A program made the translations under genes and the position numbers. Shown piece after piece: positions 49,915 to 63,413 of a stretch of DNA of 64,000 nt (its first letter is position 1; each line of letters opens with the position of its first letter). Location of the stretch: assembly GCA_965649825.1 (NCBI GenBank), contig OZ287697.1, forward strand, positions 1,784,351 through 1,848,350, read 5' to 3'. The notes under the pieces were generated by a model that saw only the letters and a program-made list of their open reading frames with translations, did not search any database and was not told where the DNA came from. The stretch comes from Penicillus capitatus. Its lineage: Eukaryota > Plantae > Chlorophyta.

Positions 49915-50643
49915 TTGTCTTACCGAGTACGAGCAGCCGAAATTCTCGTTACCGCGTTCATTAACCAAGGAGCAGTAGAAATAGGACACCACATTTGCCA
50001 TATACATTGCCTAATAATTCTTCGCCCGTTATACCGTTGGTGTACAGGATGTGCGGCAAAGTTATTAACACACGCTATTTACTGTATGAACCCTGTTGTC
50101 GAACGCACAAGCGTAAGATCCTCATTGCGAAAGGATAACATTCTGGACGACGATCAAATCTTGTAGCCCAATTAATCGCTGAAAGAATGTACTTTTGTTA
50201 AGTCATTCAAAAAATTAATGATTCAGTGGGTAGTAGTTGGACAACTCGTTAAGCAACCTGCCAAGATATGTAGGAAACCACTTAGAGGGAATAAAAAACC
50301 GGGAAAGGGATTGTTGTATTTGATACGGTATTTGGAATGAAAACAGCCCTTAAAAACAACACTATGTTTGATGACCGTGACATCTTCGAGCTAAAAATTG
50401 ATCCTTCAAAGGTGTCCCGTTGGTTTTAGTTTCTTCAAAAGCTTTAGAGCAATAAGCTTCGTCGAAGTGGAGTTAAGTCATCGTTACTTCTCGTTTCGTT
50501 ATCTTACTCTTCGGAGGACAAAGTTGAGTAAAGAGATCGTCGTTGTGCAATTCGTAGGTGGGGTACATGGGCTCTCGATAAACGCGATAAATGCGATTAA
50601 CAGAAAAGCGTATGAAGAGTGTCTAAGGCCGTTGAGGCGATGA
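49915..50643 (+). pseudogene. Possible decayed LRR gene C-terminal remnant
   Basis: SFRYLTLRRTKLSKEIVVVQF resembles the family C-terminus SFPRLGYLRIHCSTLTKSKERMVFQRF. AT-rich and stop-rich surroundings. Confidence 0.2.
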
Positions 50644-51028
50644 ACGCATGCCTTGTTCGAAACATGGTGTCATGTATGAGGCGATGATGACGAGAGACGT
50701 GATACGATGATACAAAGATAAGAAGGTGCATGACGTCGTGGAGGACTGCGACGATCTAAGCGGACGATCCGTTCGTTGTATGGGTACACGCGTTAATATT
50801 GCCATGCGCTTTCCTGCGCGATTCGCATTCGGCGAAGGCTCCCACTGGGGAAGCCCTTTCGCAAGGTTCACTAAGCGAGTAAGCATTATCAGTTGGTCGT
50901 ATGTATATGTAAGGAGGACGTCATTTGTAACAATAAGGACCGGCAGATTCGACAAAAGAGTATCTCTCCCGTCTACGCCACGCCGGTGCGTTTTGAGCCC
51001 TCTGTAGTAAGACCCGTTCACTTTCCCG

Positions 51029-51405
51029 TCACTTTGCAACGCCGATGAGTGTCGCTATTGCTTTGGAATGCCGCGCGAATATGGGTAGGTATGAATACAA
51101 TTCCTGCCACCGAATAGCAACTGGACACTGTCTATCCGATACGTGACATAAGGAAATCATGGGATGCTCAGATATGCCGACGTCCGGCAGTGCATTACGG
51201 AGTTCAAATCGGATGCCATTTTTGAGCAATGCACGCTACTCAAATGAAGACGTGAATGAGCTAGCATGGATAGTGAAGATGTATCTTTATCAAGTTTAGA
51301 CTTAAAACGAGATTCCAAGGGACGTATCAAAATACAATCCTCGACTCTATTCCCCAAGGTTCGACTATTAGAATCTTCATAGCTAACGAACGCATCCACC
51401 TTCAT
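51029..51405 (-). pseudogene. Frameshifted TIR-like domain remnant
   Basis: MKVDAFVSYEDSNSRTLGNRVED...RFKSKLDKD in one frame. IFTIHASSFTSS...IRFELRNAL...HPMISL follows in another frame with one stop. The order matches TIR elements betaA, betaB, betaC, alphaC and betaD. Confidence 0.3.
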
Positions 51406-52065
51406 CACGCGGATCGATCTACGTTCATTCGAGAATCATATTTTACGCTAGCAAGACAAGAGGACGCCGGCGACGAGTATGCATCTCGTAGGCGTCTTTG
51501 TCGATGGGTCGGCTCGGATAAACGAACAGGATAGGTTGAGTAGGAACGACGACAGACGAAACTAACGTGGTATATGAACGCAGACCGTACAAACGATCTT
51601 TGTTCTTATGAATCTGGCTAAAAGAAAACCTGTTTTGACGCACCGAAGTCAATCGTATCTTACGACGTCGTCGTCAATTTACGACGCCGGTGTCAAAAAC
51701 AACGCGACGTGAAGGACGCATTCTCCCAGCCGAGAGAAAATCACATCCATTCTGACAATAATGCGAAAAGCGCGTTCGTACAACGCGGGACTCCTCGTGC
51801 AGTTTCCCGCAACTTTTGCTCACGACGGGAGGAAAGCTTAAATCCTTTAGTGTAAAATACCAATATCTTTCTTCGGTACTTTCCGAGGCTTGTTCTCTTG
51901 GATAACGCTAGGAAAACGAAACGACGGTTAAGTACTGGTGATTCCTTCACAGGAGAGAAGGCGAAAACAATGCGCGGGCAACGAAATACGCAAAGAATTG
52001 CTGTGCGGCCCTCTGCCCAGCCACAAAGAAACCGATCAAGAATTGCACGCGGGGAACAGTTCATC

Positions 52066-53725
52066 TCAAACGAAGGTGATTCTCACGATCGACCGCAAAC
52101 AGGGAAACCGGCGGTACATCGACCGTTCTTGGTGCAGCGTCAGCTTCTTAGAATTGATTTTGAGGTAGTTGAGTCGCGGAAAGCTTCCCGGTCGGAACAC
52201 GCTGAGCAAATCGACCTCCGTTCCCAAGTCCAATGTCAGACAACGCAATCCAGTCAAAAGAGTGAGATGGTTCAAAAGCGCATCGGACATGTCTTCACGC
52301 GCGTCGTGGACATAAGAAAGTTCAACCAAACTCGGCAGGGCGGCGAGATCGCGAAAGAGAAGAGGGTCCACGTGCGAAACGTATTTCAGCGATAGCGTCG
52401 TGAGATGCGTCAGGCAAAGAAAAGCAGTACTTGGAAAATCGCTGAGATTGACCCGACAGAGCGAAAGCGTCTTGAGTGATGTCAGCTGCGTCGCGGAATT
52501 GAACATCTCTTCCCTGCGTTCTTCTTTGTACAACAAAGTGAGCTCCGCCAGTCCAGTCAGATGGATCACGTCCGTGTCTTTCAGTGATAGGTTGACAAGG
52601 GTCAGCGCCGATAGGTGTGACAAGTGCGAGAACGGCAGTTGTGTTTTGTGTGACGGGAAGGCCCTTTCGTCCTCCACAGCGACCCTCAGCGAACGTAGCG
52701 CCGTCAAGGTGGCAAGAATTCCACAGATACTGCCGTGATCCCTAGAGTCGACATCCACATCCAGGCGTGTCAGTCCCGTCGCGTTCTTGAGAACTGCAAA
52801 GGAGTTTGCGTGTGGTATGGGGACATCCGAACGGATGCCTCTGAGAGTAAGGGCGCTCAGCTTCTTGAAATCTGCGAAGGTGGACCAGTCAAGGGAGTGG
52901 GAATGTCCGCTATCCAACTGCAGCGTCAGTGACTGTACCCACATCGAATAAGGGGTCAGCTCCTAAACACAGACCATCACACAGAGGACAGTGCCTCCGG
53001 GTGTTTACCGTTGGTAGTGCTGCTGGGTATTGTCCCCTGGCGTCCACTTCTAGACACGTCAAGCTGCGGGTCGGCGGGAAGAGCAGCTCTCCGTTGGAAT
53101 TGGCGAGGAGCGCTCGATAGATGTGGAGTTCCTTCAGTCTTGTCAGCTGTGTGATCGGCTCCAGATGGCGGCGGTATCTAGTGGTGGGTCTGAGGTCCAG
53201 CTTCGTCAGACAGGTCAGATGCATAAGGGCCTTGCAGACATGGGCGATACAAGAAATGGTATCGCGGATGCAAAGCGTCTCCAGCTGCTGTAGCTCTTTG
53301 AAATGACGCGGCAGTTGTGCATAAGGCACCGTTGGAAGAGACCGCATGGTCATGTCAAGATGCTTCAGATTGCTAAGGCGCGCCAAGGCGTTCAGCACTT
53401 GTGGTTGATGCTCGGGCAAACAGGGGCCCTGACACCGAAGCTCCACGGCGTTCGGGAATGTACAAGGCACTTGAGAGACCTTCTCGACAGGGACGCCAGA
53501 GAGCTTTACCGGAAGCTGGTTGCACACTTTGCTCCATTGCCGACAGACAAGACGACATTCCTGCAGTCCAGCGTCGACCAGATATCTCAGGGTCTTCGTC
53601 AGCAGCAAATCGTTATGGCTGAAGAGCTCGAACGACGTGTTGTTCGTTTTGAAATCCTCGCGACGCCTCTTCGACAAGGAATCGTCGACGTTCAAAGGTG
53701 ATGTAATCACGGCGAGCGTTTTCAT
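52066..53725 (-). CDS. F-box-like / leucine-rich-repeat protein D
   Basis: ATG at 53725; NDLLLTKTLRYLVDAGLQECRLVCRQWSKVCNQLPV followed by LRRs. A 46-nt GT-AG intron (53008-52963) at the family-conserved position. C-terminus GSFPRLNYLKI...RRFPCLR is shared with A, B and C. Confidence 0.85.
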
Positions 53726-54591
53726 GGAGTCTTTGGAAAGAGGAGGCAGTTTTCGTTTCTTCGTTCTTCGATGAATGATATGCGCAGGGAAACACTTTTT
53801 GACGGTTTGACGGCGACGGCCGCAGACTCGGCACACTTCAACGGTTCGTACGTTCGGTTTTCATGCCGGGCAGCTTCGTGCAAACGCACGTCAAACAATT
53901 GTCGGCGAAAACCGAAGGCGCTCATCGTGATGTTGACGGAGGTGATATGGAAACAGTCTCTGTAGGGGTGGACGTCAAAGGGTAAGTCTATATACAGTAA
54001 AGAGACGATTCGCCGACCCACAGACCTTCGATAGACATCGATACATGCTCGGTCAACGCCATACCAGTGCACCGTTCTTTAGGTGATAAGATGTCAGCCG
54101 AGAATTCTCTCGACGAGTCTTCGCAATGGACGCATTTCTACAAGATCAAAGTTAAACAGCCCATTCCTCGATCAGTATGGGCTGCTGGTCAAATGTTTGA
54201 TTTTGAGTCACTGCATTCATGTTCCCTCTCGTGCGTTTGCAAGCACACGACCCACAACAGCACTTGATCATTCCACACAGACACATAAAGTATGAAGAAT
54301 ACGAGCTGATAATTGCACGCGAATCGCGCGTGCGTCATCAGCTAATACGCATTCGAACAATCAAGAAGTGTATGCACAAAAAAAGAATACAAAACAAAAC
54401 GTATGGGACACTTTGGATACCAAAAAATTATGACGTTGCCAGACAAGAAACAACAACGAATGTGAGAGGACAGGGCAGAAGGCGTCACTGAGAAAAGGGT
54501 TGGCAAAAAGAGAAAAATCGTTCGACAAATGCGGTCGAAAGGAATCTAGACATCGATGTCGTTATCTGTTTCGCCATTGGCAGCATCACGC

Positions 54592-57500
54592 TCATGCAGA
54601 GGAGAATAGATAATGGCGGACGGGCTGCAAGCGCGAATGCACGTACACCCGAACAACGTGCAGCGAGCCTTTCTCCGCATCGTAGTCGATGCCTTCAGCC
54701 TCGAGGGCGATCCTCAGGTAATCGCATCCGGCTCTGAAGAAGGCGACCGCAAAGAACAAAATGATTCCCACGTTGACCAAGACCAATGAAACAGTAAAGG
54801 ACACGCGAATCCAGCCAATGGTGCGCTCGTCGTTGAAACAGAGACCCGAGACAAAAGTGAGGGCGCATACGAGTAAAGAGAGGCCTTCGTATTCGTTCAG
54901 CTCGGCAAACTCTGAACGGAAAGGTTGGCAGACGATCTGAAAATAAAGAGCGAGCATTAAGACACAGACGCCGAGAATGCCTTGGAGATTGGCACCAAGA
55001 GCGTAGGAGAAAACGACGACCAGCGCCAAGACAGCCTTGCGCAACATGATGGCCGACTCCCAGTAAACGTATTTTTTCTTGTAGGCGCGGTACATGAAGC
55101 CGGTCGCTTCGAAGAGCCATTCGCTCTCCATGTCATGTCGATGTCTCTCCACCATCAGCAATGCAGCTGTGAAGACCGGAAAGCCAATGGAGAAGGCGAC
55201 CAGTACGGGCCATCCGACGAGTCCAGCCAGCATCGCATGCGTCCCTCTGTAGCATTGGAGGGAGGTATCCACCTGCCAGTACTTTGTTGTCGTGTCGGAA
55301 CCGACCAGCAGAGAATCGTAGACGGCGACACAGGAGAGGACGTTGACGGCCGTCTTGGTGATGGCGATGTAGGAGAGATAGGAGACGGCCATGAAGCTCA
55401 GGACGCAGCGTTTTGTCAGATAGCTGAGGGTCTCGTTGGCTCGAAGTAAGGCAAAAGCCCAGAGAATAAAGTAGAGACCCGTCACTAGCATCGGCACCAT
55501 GATACTGACGACGGTACGGACTGTGGAACGCGGGATCGCCGAGTTCTCGGGAACCAGACAATCCACAGAACGGGCCGCCGCTTCAGTAGCCAAACCGCCC
55601 AGGAATTCTGCACGTCATGATCAGCGCAAAGAGAGTGTTGCCTTAACAGTCACCTGCCGTTTCGAACAGGGCGATCAGTGCCTCTGTCCAATCCACGTTG
55701 ACCGATATAGCCACGGCGATCACTTGCAAATAGTTGATGGTGATCTAGAAAGAAAGGTAACCGTAGAGAAGACAGAGCGAACGCTTTGGGCACCTTGAAG
55801 ATCTCCACGGCTTTCCATTTGGCAAGAAGCTCATCTTCTTCGGTCTGCCTTGGCGTCGTTAGCGTCAGTGTCAGCGATGACGATGACGATGGAGAGGGCG
55901 GCTGCTGCTGCTGCGACTGAAAGGTTTCGAGGATTTCTGATGGACTGTGTCCCTTATGAAGCATTTCGATCATCTCCAGATTGACTGGAGGCAGTGCTAT
56001 CGGCGGACGATCCGAAACGCCAGCCGAGGTTGACGGCTTCGGCGGACTGCGTAGACGCGGACTAGCCACGTCAGGAGAGCGTCGTCCCGACGAGATACTG
56101 CTGTGAATGGCGAACGCACTCAAAACGAGGAGCATGACGACAGAGAGCATCGCCAGCACGAAACTGCCGATACCGCTGCGACAAGGCTCGCAATGGAATG
56201 TATTCGAGCGCCCGTAAGCGGCGGCACACGAGCCGCAGAGGGGCCCCGTGTATCCCTACAGATTCAAAGCACATGGCTTTAGAACTCAATCATGTCGAAA
56301 GCGGTACTTTGCGGCACTCGGAGTCGACGTAGCTTCGAACGTATGCCTCGGTGAAATGGCATTCTTCGACAGAATCTTGAAGTCGGCGCATGTCTTCCTT
56401 TCGGTTGTCTGCGTCACAGGCGCGCTTTGTCAGACATTCCTGGATATTATCCGAGCAGGGCGTTTGGTGCCAGTATCCGTCGTCGGGAAGGATGAATACG
56501 CCGTCGCAGTTGGCGTTCTCGGGACACGACGCACATCCTATGTCGGACGTCTCTGGAAAAAAGTTGTACGTGTCGCCGATACATGGCTGACAAACGGTCC
56601 CGTTCGCGACGATCGCTTCTCCGATGACACATCCACGGATCTCGACGACGATGGTGAAGGACGGAATGCTGCGCTCGCTGAAGTCGACTCGTACACGGTA
56701 GAATCCAGCTTCGCGGTATCCAGCCACTCCTGAGAAACGCCCGACGCCATCGTCCATCCGCACGCTGACGAATCCGGTGAACAGACCGTCGGGAGAGGAC
56801 ATGGTCGCCACGATGGTTGCGTTATCTGTTCCGGGAGCGGGTCCCTGTCCCAAGGCGTCGACGGTCTCCAAGGAGAGTCTCGGGATCTGTGTGCCGCTGA
56901 CGTGGTTTCGAACGACGTAGCGATTCCCTTCGATCTCTTCTTCGACGTTTGTATCTTCGTAGCGGATCTTCTTGCGGATACGGTGCGCATAGGACGCCAC
57001 GGTGTTTCCGTAGCCACCCGCTGTATTGTGCGTCCATTCTTGACAGACGTGACGTGTGGCGTTGAGGGTGTCCATAGACTCGAACGCCGGCTTCTTCAGG
57101 TACTCTAGCGGTTTCGAACGTGTTCTGTTTCGGCAGCTCACTCGGATGGCGTTGAGATCGCTTGAGAGGACAGCGCCTCCGGCGGAAGACGCTTGGTTGT
57201 TGACAAAACGCGTGTCTTGCAGGGCAACGAAGGAACACTTGGCGTCATGTGCTGCACAGTTTTCCGTCTTGTTACGACTCACGAAATGGAGTCCGCCTAA
57301 GAAGACGAAAACTGAAATTCGCGAGGGCGAGAAACGGCGCAGACGTACCTCCGAGGACGCCTCGGTTGTTTGAGAACGTGCAATTGTCAAATTGATAGGC
57401 GAGTAGCTGCGTCTTCCGCGAATTGATGTTGACGGCGCCGCCCTTGTTGACAGCGACGTTTTCATCGAAGACGCAATCGCTGCACATCACGGATGATACG

Positions 57501-60500
57501 ATGATGGCGTTGATAGCACCTCCGTCCATTGTTGCCTTGCATTTCGCAAAACGCGCTTCTCGTCCCCAGAAATACGCCTGTTCCAAATGCACCCCTCCTC
57601 CGAGTTCTGCACGATTGGAGAGAAAGTCGCTGCGGGAAACAGTGACGATGCTGTCCCGACTCGCATGGACTGCTCCGCCAGTATTGGTTGCCGACCCGTT
57701 GACGACTGAGATATTGATAAGCTGCAATCGAGCGTTGATGACGACGAAAGCTCCGCCGTGTCTGGCCTTGTTTTCTTCAAAGCGCCCCCCGAGGACCGTC
57801 AAATTGGATCTGTCACCTGTGTACGCCGTCCCTCCACTGATGTCAACGGAGTTATTGTAGGCGAAGCAATCGACCAGAGTTCCATTTCCGCCGTCTGTTA
57901 GAAATATGCCTGCGCCGACGAGCGCTCTATTCTGGATAAGCGATACCCTTGTCAACCGAAAGAAGCTTGAGACCGGCGACATGACGCCGCCGCCAAAGTT
58001 GTCAGCCGTGTTCCTGTGAAGCGTGACGTTTTCACCGAAGAGCCGAGATCCAGAAAGATACACCGCCCCTCCATTCCGCGCGAAGTTATTTGAAATGTTC
58101 GAGGACTGGATATTCGCTACCGATGATGCGCCTTCCAAGAAAAACGCGCCGCCAGAATTGTTGGCTGCACACGCGAAAATGAAGGAATCAGTCACATTCA
58201 CAATTGCCGAGACGCCAACAATTGCTCCAGCTGCATTCGTGGCATTGCTTCGACGAATACTGGAGGCCGTGATCGTGACCTGAGATCCGAAAAGTGCGGC
58301 AATCCCGGCTCCGGATCTGTCAGAAAGACATCCCTCTATCGTGAGGTTGCTGAACACCGCGGACATCTGTTCCACGGCAATGCATCCTCCGAACCGAGAG
58401 GCGCGGTTCGATACGAACATCGAATCCGACAAGCGAACATCCAACGCCTTAGTCAGCATAGCGCCGCCACCATCGTTTTTTGCACAGTTCTCCGCCACGT
58501 GCGTCCGTCTGACATTTGTTGCCACGGACATCCAGTCGAAGTGCATGGCGCCACCAAAGCCGGCTGAATTGTTGGCGAAGAGAGCGTCTTCGATACTCGT
58601 CGTCGCGTTGTTGGAGAAGAAACCGCCGCCAGAGTCCAGTGCTGCGTTGTTACGAAAATCGACTCTGGCGAATGTCAGACGGCTGTCGTCGACACCCACG
58701 CCGCCGCCGCTCTCAGCTCGATTCTGTTCGAAAACGGAATCTTGATATGTGGCGACGCCGCCGTTGACAAGACATCCTCCTCCGTAGAGTGTGGTAGCGT
58801 TGTTCCATTTCCACGTCACGTTGTGAAACACCGCTTCGCACTTCTCCGTCACGGCACTGCCGCCTCCTCCTTGCTCTGCGGTGTTGTTCTGAAAGACGGT
58901 GTCGCGAACGGCGAGACGTCCGTTTTCAGCACAGGTCAATCCTCCGCCGTAGCCTTCGACGGTATTGCGTTCGAACGTGCAGTTGGAGAAGGAGAAGACG
59001 CCGCCACGGATGTCGTATCCAGCTCCGGATGCATTGGCACGATTGCTTGCAATCTCCGTGTCTTGGATATTGGATTCTGCCGCTGAGATCTCAGCACCAC
59101 CTCCTCGGTTTGCAAAGTTACCGCGAAAAACGCATCTCGAGATATGCGCATACTCCGAGTTCTCCGTCGCGATTCCTCCTCCACTTGTCAGCGCGGAATT
59201 TCCGTACACAAAAGAATCGTTCAGCGTGAAGGACGTCTGCATAAAATGCATGCATCCACCAGTGGCGGCGGAGCAATTGCGACAGGTCAGATAACGAACG
59301 GAGGCCTGAGAGGATTGGCGGACGTGTACAGCGCCTCCGAGGTTCTTTGCCGTGTTGTTACTGAAACTCGTGCTCTCCAGTGTCAAAGAGGCATCGTCGA
59401 CAAAAACCGCCCCTGCGCTGACGTTCGCTGTATTGCTCTCGAACTCGGATGCGATGACGTCGAGTTTACCACCGACGACATAGACGGCTGCACCATTGCC
59501 AGCTGCATTCCGAAGGAAGACGCTGTTTCGCACAGAGAGGGATTTTGTGGCGTTCGAAAAGATACCGGCGCCGTTGAGCTCCGCGACGAGATTCTCGGCA
59601 AACGTGCACGTTCGCACATCGACGGCGAGGCAGCGATCAAGATAAACGGCAGCTCCGCCAAGGATGCCTTCATTCCGTACGAATCTGGAGTCGCGAAGGG
59701 CGACACTGGACCGAACTGCGTAGACACCTGATCCAGACGGTGCAGTGCTGTCTTCAAAGCGACAACGCCTGATGGTCGCTGTCGAACGGTCGACATAGAC
59801 ACCGGCACCGTAGGCGTCGCTTTCTTCGCTCTCTCCAGCGGTGTTTCGCTGAAAAGATGCGTTCGTCATCTTAAGATCTCCGCGCTTCACGTATACCAAC
59901 GGCCCGTAGTTGTCCGCTGCGGTGACGTCTTTCAACGTCGTCTGCGAATTTGGCGGCGCATAGAGAATGGCAGGAAGGGAAGAAACGACAAGCTGGGTGT
60001 TTCCTCTGAGTCGCAGGCCCGTCAATGCGTTCTGGCGACTCAGAACGGCGCCGCAGATTCCAGAGCACGTATTGTTGACAAAACCGACATCGTTCATCAC
60101 GAGCGAAGCGCAGGACTCTTCACTCACACGCAAAGCCACGGTTCGGTTAAGTCGATTCTGCCGGAACTCGACGTGATGCAGTTGAATGCTGCTTTGGGAC
60201 TCGCCGACCTCGCATCCGTTCACTTCGACGATCGCCGCAGCGTCCTCTGCTACCAGCGAGCAATCTTCGAACACGAGGTTCGCAAAGATCGCGTTCTGAG
60301 ACCTGAGAACGTGATATTCGTTATCGCATAAACGCAGCGTCTTGGGCTTACTGCACACGAAAGACGCCGCTGTTGCTCGACGGACAACGAAAAGCCGTTT
60401 TGCGTCTTGTCTCTGGGAAAATGCCGTCGACAAGATCTCTGTCGCGAACCGCAGTACTCAACGTCAACGACCAAGGAAGGGTGACACGACGGGCAGGCTG

Positions 60501-61152
60501 CAGTGTGTTCGAAACGTCGAAGAGAAGCGCGTCCCCTTCATCGGAGCAATTTACGATCTCCTGTAGGTCTTCTTCGATGTCTGCCCAGACGGCATCGTCG
60601 ATGCTCCAGGTCCTGACATCGACGTCCAAGATGCGTGCAATCTTTCGCTGCGTTAGGCGACAATCTAAATGAGACAACATCTGTGGCAAAGGTGATGTAT
60701 CGTTGCAGTGCTACCGAAGTCACTGGTCGACAGTCCGTTCGACTGCCGCAGTTTCCGTCGTTGACCCTCGCTCTAACACCGCAGCGGCAATTCTCTGGAA
60801 TTAATCCAGAATTGTCGGGTGTCTTACCGTGAGGAATCCACGTTCCCCGTGCGCGGCGTTGTTCTTCGCTTGGTTTTCAAGATATAAGCGGTCTAGACAA
60901 GAAGCGTGTTCGCATAGTGTACTCGAAGTACAGTAGTGGTGCATCCATCGCGAAGAAAGAAAACGATGGAAACTGCGAAGCTGCTTGGCATGTGTGTGCG
61001 ATCAAAAGGACGACACGAAAACGGGCAAAGGGCTTTGTTTTGCGTTTACCTTGACAGCACCTGTCCGTTGGTAGATTCTTTTGCTCGCGTGTCAGCGACA
61101 GATGCCACAGCAAGACGTGATAAGACCACAGAAGCAAAAACGATCTCCTCAT
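54592..61152 (-). CDS. Pmp-like beta-helix / Cys-rich / multi-pass TM surface protein, paralog 3 (start uncertain)
   Basis: ORF 57272-60433 is packed with FxxN/GGA(G) repeats; Cys-rich ORF 56290-57465; TM domain ORF 54592-55593. Intron positions match paralogs 1 and 2. The 5' exons (60.7-61.15 kb) are tentative, with a signal-like MRRSFLLLWSYHVLLWHLSL at 61152. Confidence 0.85.
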
Positions 61153-61841
61153 GTCAAAGAGGCCTCGTTAAGCGAACAAAACGGTCGGGTCGGTGCAGAA
61201 AGAAGAGGCGTTTCAGCAAAGCGAACGATCAACCCACGACTACGTTCAGTATGTTAAGATATGGCTGCACGACTGGTCCGAATGGAAATCTTGTAGAATC
61301 GCGCCATTCACAGTGTCGTTCATTTGGGACGCGATGTTTCATGATTGACGTGAAAAGCGCACACACCTCTTTGCTACATGCTCCTGTCACCGTCACGTCT
61401 TGAATGCGTGAACCTTCGGGTGAAACGCTAACGCTTCTGATGGCCAACCACCTTTGTTCGCGATGGAACGGTAAAGTGAGAGCTACCCCATCCAAGGGCG
61501 TTCGCTTTTTTGAAACGTAAAGATCTCATCCACTTCAACTCTGCCCGACAGATCATTTGGCGATCCCGAGCCGATGCGATTGATCACACAGAAGTTCATA
61601 AAGCAATGTCATAGAGAGGTAGATCTATGAGCGATACGACGCCATCCACACGGCATGAAAATGCAAACGGTTGACGATCCTCCGTAACCGAACGCTGCAT
61701 CACGACGCCGAAGAGACCTCCCGTCCGGTTGCATCCTGCTTGCGTCCGATGATCTAAAGCTTCTGGCGTTTAGAGCACGTGGGTTGACAAGATTGCGATG
61801 ACGCACTTTTTGAAGAGGAGATGGCCGTCGTCTGGACTGCG

Positions 61842-62281
61842 TCAGTACTTGCAGAGTTTGAACTTTTTGAAGTGGCCGGAGATCGCCGATTTCTTGTAGG
61901 GCTTCGTCGCCAGACAGGTCGGAAAATTCTCAGGCTGCTCAATCCATAGCTTGTGCGCCACGTCCGCTTCGTTCAGTTTCTCGCTCAGATTGTTCAGCTG
62001 GGTCAGCGATTTGGTTTCGAGCACAACCTAAGTGCGGGTACCGAGCACCGTTCATGGAGAGGTCTGTTTGCCACCTTTGTCATTTGATCGATGTCGACTA
62101 GGTATTCTTGAGTGAGGGGATCGTCGCGGTGGATCCAGAGAGCTGCTGCCGAAGCGTGACATGCTTGTGCAATGATGCTGCCGAGAGGCCAGTTCTGTTC
62201 CGTCCACAAATCGCGACGCACAACAACGTACTGCACGACGGGATCATCGGACACTCCGAGCGTGGCTGCATCGCCAGACAT
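61842..62281 (-). CDS. PTRHD1: Peptidyl-tRNA hydrolase domain-containing protein 1 (PTH2 family)
   Basis: VVQYVVVRRDL...WPLGSIIAQACHAS...MTK, one short GT-AG intron, then VVLETKSLTQL...HKLWIEQPENFPTCLATKPY...KFKLCK. Confidence 0.92.
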
Positions 62282-62529
62282 CGCACGAAACGACGCTGGA
62301 CGCCGTGTAGCTGTCACCGGCAGAAGAGAAGGGCGACAAACGTACGAACGCCACATTTCATTAACGGTCCAGATCTAAGCGCGTCAAATGGACAGTCTTC
62401 ACCGAAGGAGCTGTAGACGTGGATGCGTACTGAGCGGCTCACATCGCGCCTGCACCGTCGACGCTTTGTTCGGACTTCGGTTAGAATACGTCTGCGGTGT
62501 ACGAATGGAGTGAGCGATTGTGTGAGAGC

Positions 62530-63330
62530 TCAGGGATGACACCATGCGATGTGCACGACATACCTCTGGAAGCTCCTGGAAGAGAAGTTCTGCTGTCCGT
62601 GTGTCCAGCATAGCAGAGAAGACGATCTACTCTGTGAGAATCCGGAACAATGGAGATCATATTTGACGTTGAACTCAGTTGATAGGATGGCTCTGCAACA
62701 GAATGCAATTGATACCTGTGCACGGATGATGTGACAGCTAATGCCCGTAATCGAGCATCTCCTGCACGATGGATTCAGCGAATCTGCTGGTGTCTTGATA
62801 TAAATCAGATCGAGCTCTGTGAAGCTAGCTAAGTACTGGACACGTTGTCTCACCCTTCGTGTTTTTCAGTAGATGTACGGGGACGGTTCAAGCCAACATG
62901 TAGGAAGGCAGCAATGCGTATAACCTACCTGCCTACCTGAAAGTAATGACAAATCGGTTCTGGAGCCTGTTGCTAACTGCAGTGGGCCTTCATCCTATGA
63001 TGGCGTTCATGCTAATCCTGTTTCGCATGATACTACTGGCTGAATACCGTCGATAGTCAGCCATTCAACTTGGCTGAGCGATTTCTGTGCATAGGTCTCT
63101 CGACTGAACGCGATTTGTTTCTCTCTGCAATCTAGGCACTGTCGTGTTCCACATCGATCTACCTCTGGTCCGACAGGAAGACGCATAGAAGAACGTCTCT
63201 TACAGACGTCTGCTTGACAGTGGTGATGACGTCGTATCAGAGTAGACACGTCAAATCCGTCGCGATCGGCGTTTCCAGATGATGGCGAAAACGTCTATTG
63301 AACCATTTTCATCTGCGAACATCACTGCGA
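62530..63330 (-). pseudogene. Possible decayed F-box/LRR gene
   Basis: Fragments DVFAIIWKR, CQADVCKRRSSMRLPV (cf. VCHKWNDVCRRLPV) and LASFTELDL lie in broken frames. Confidence 0.25.
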
Positions 63331-63413
63331 AGTTTTGGCAAAGGCAGGCGCGTCTGTCGATAACTCTGCGCACAAACGACGACGTTTTTCTGCGTAGACC
63401 AGGAAACGAGACC

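Noticed and set aside
60665-60714. Apparent frameshift near the 5' end of Pmp-like paralog 3
   Set aside because: A 50-nt GT-AG intron (60714-60665) restores the frame (SDF-D-CRL), so there is no need to invoke pseudogenisation.
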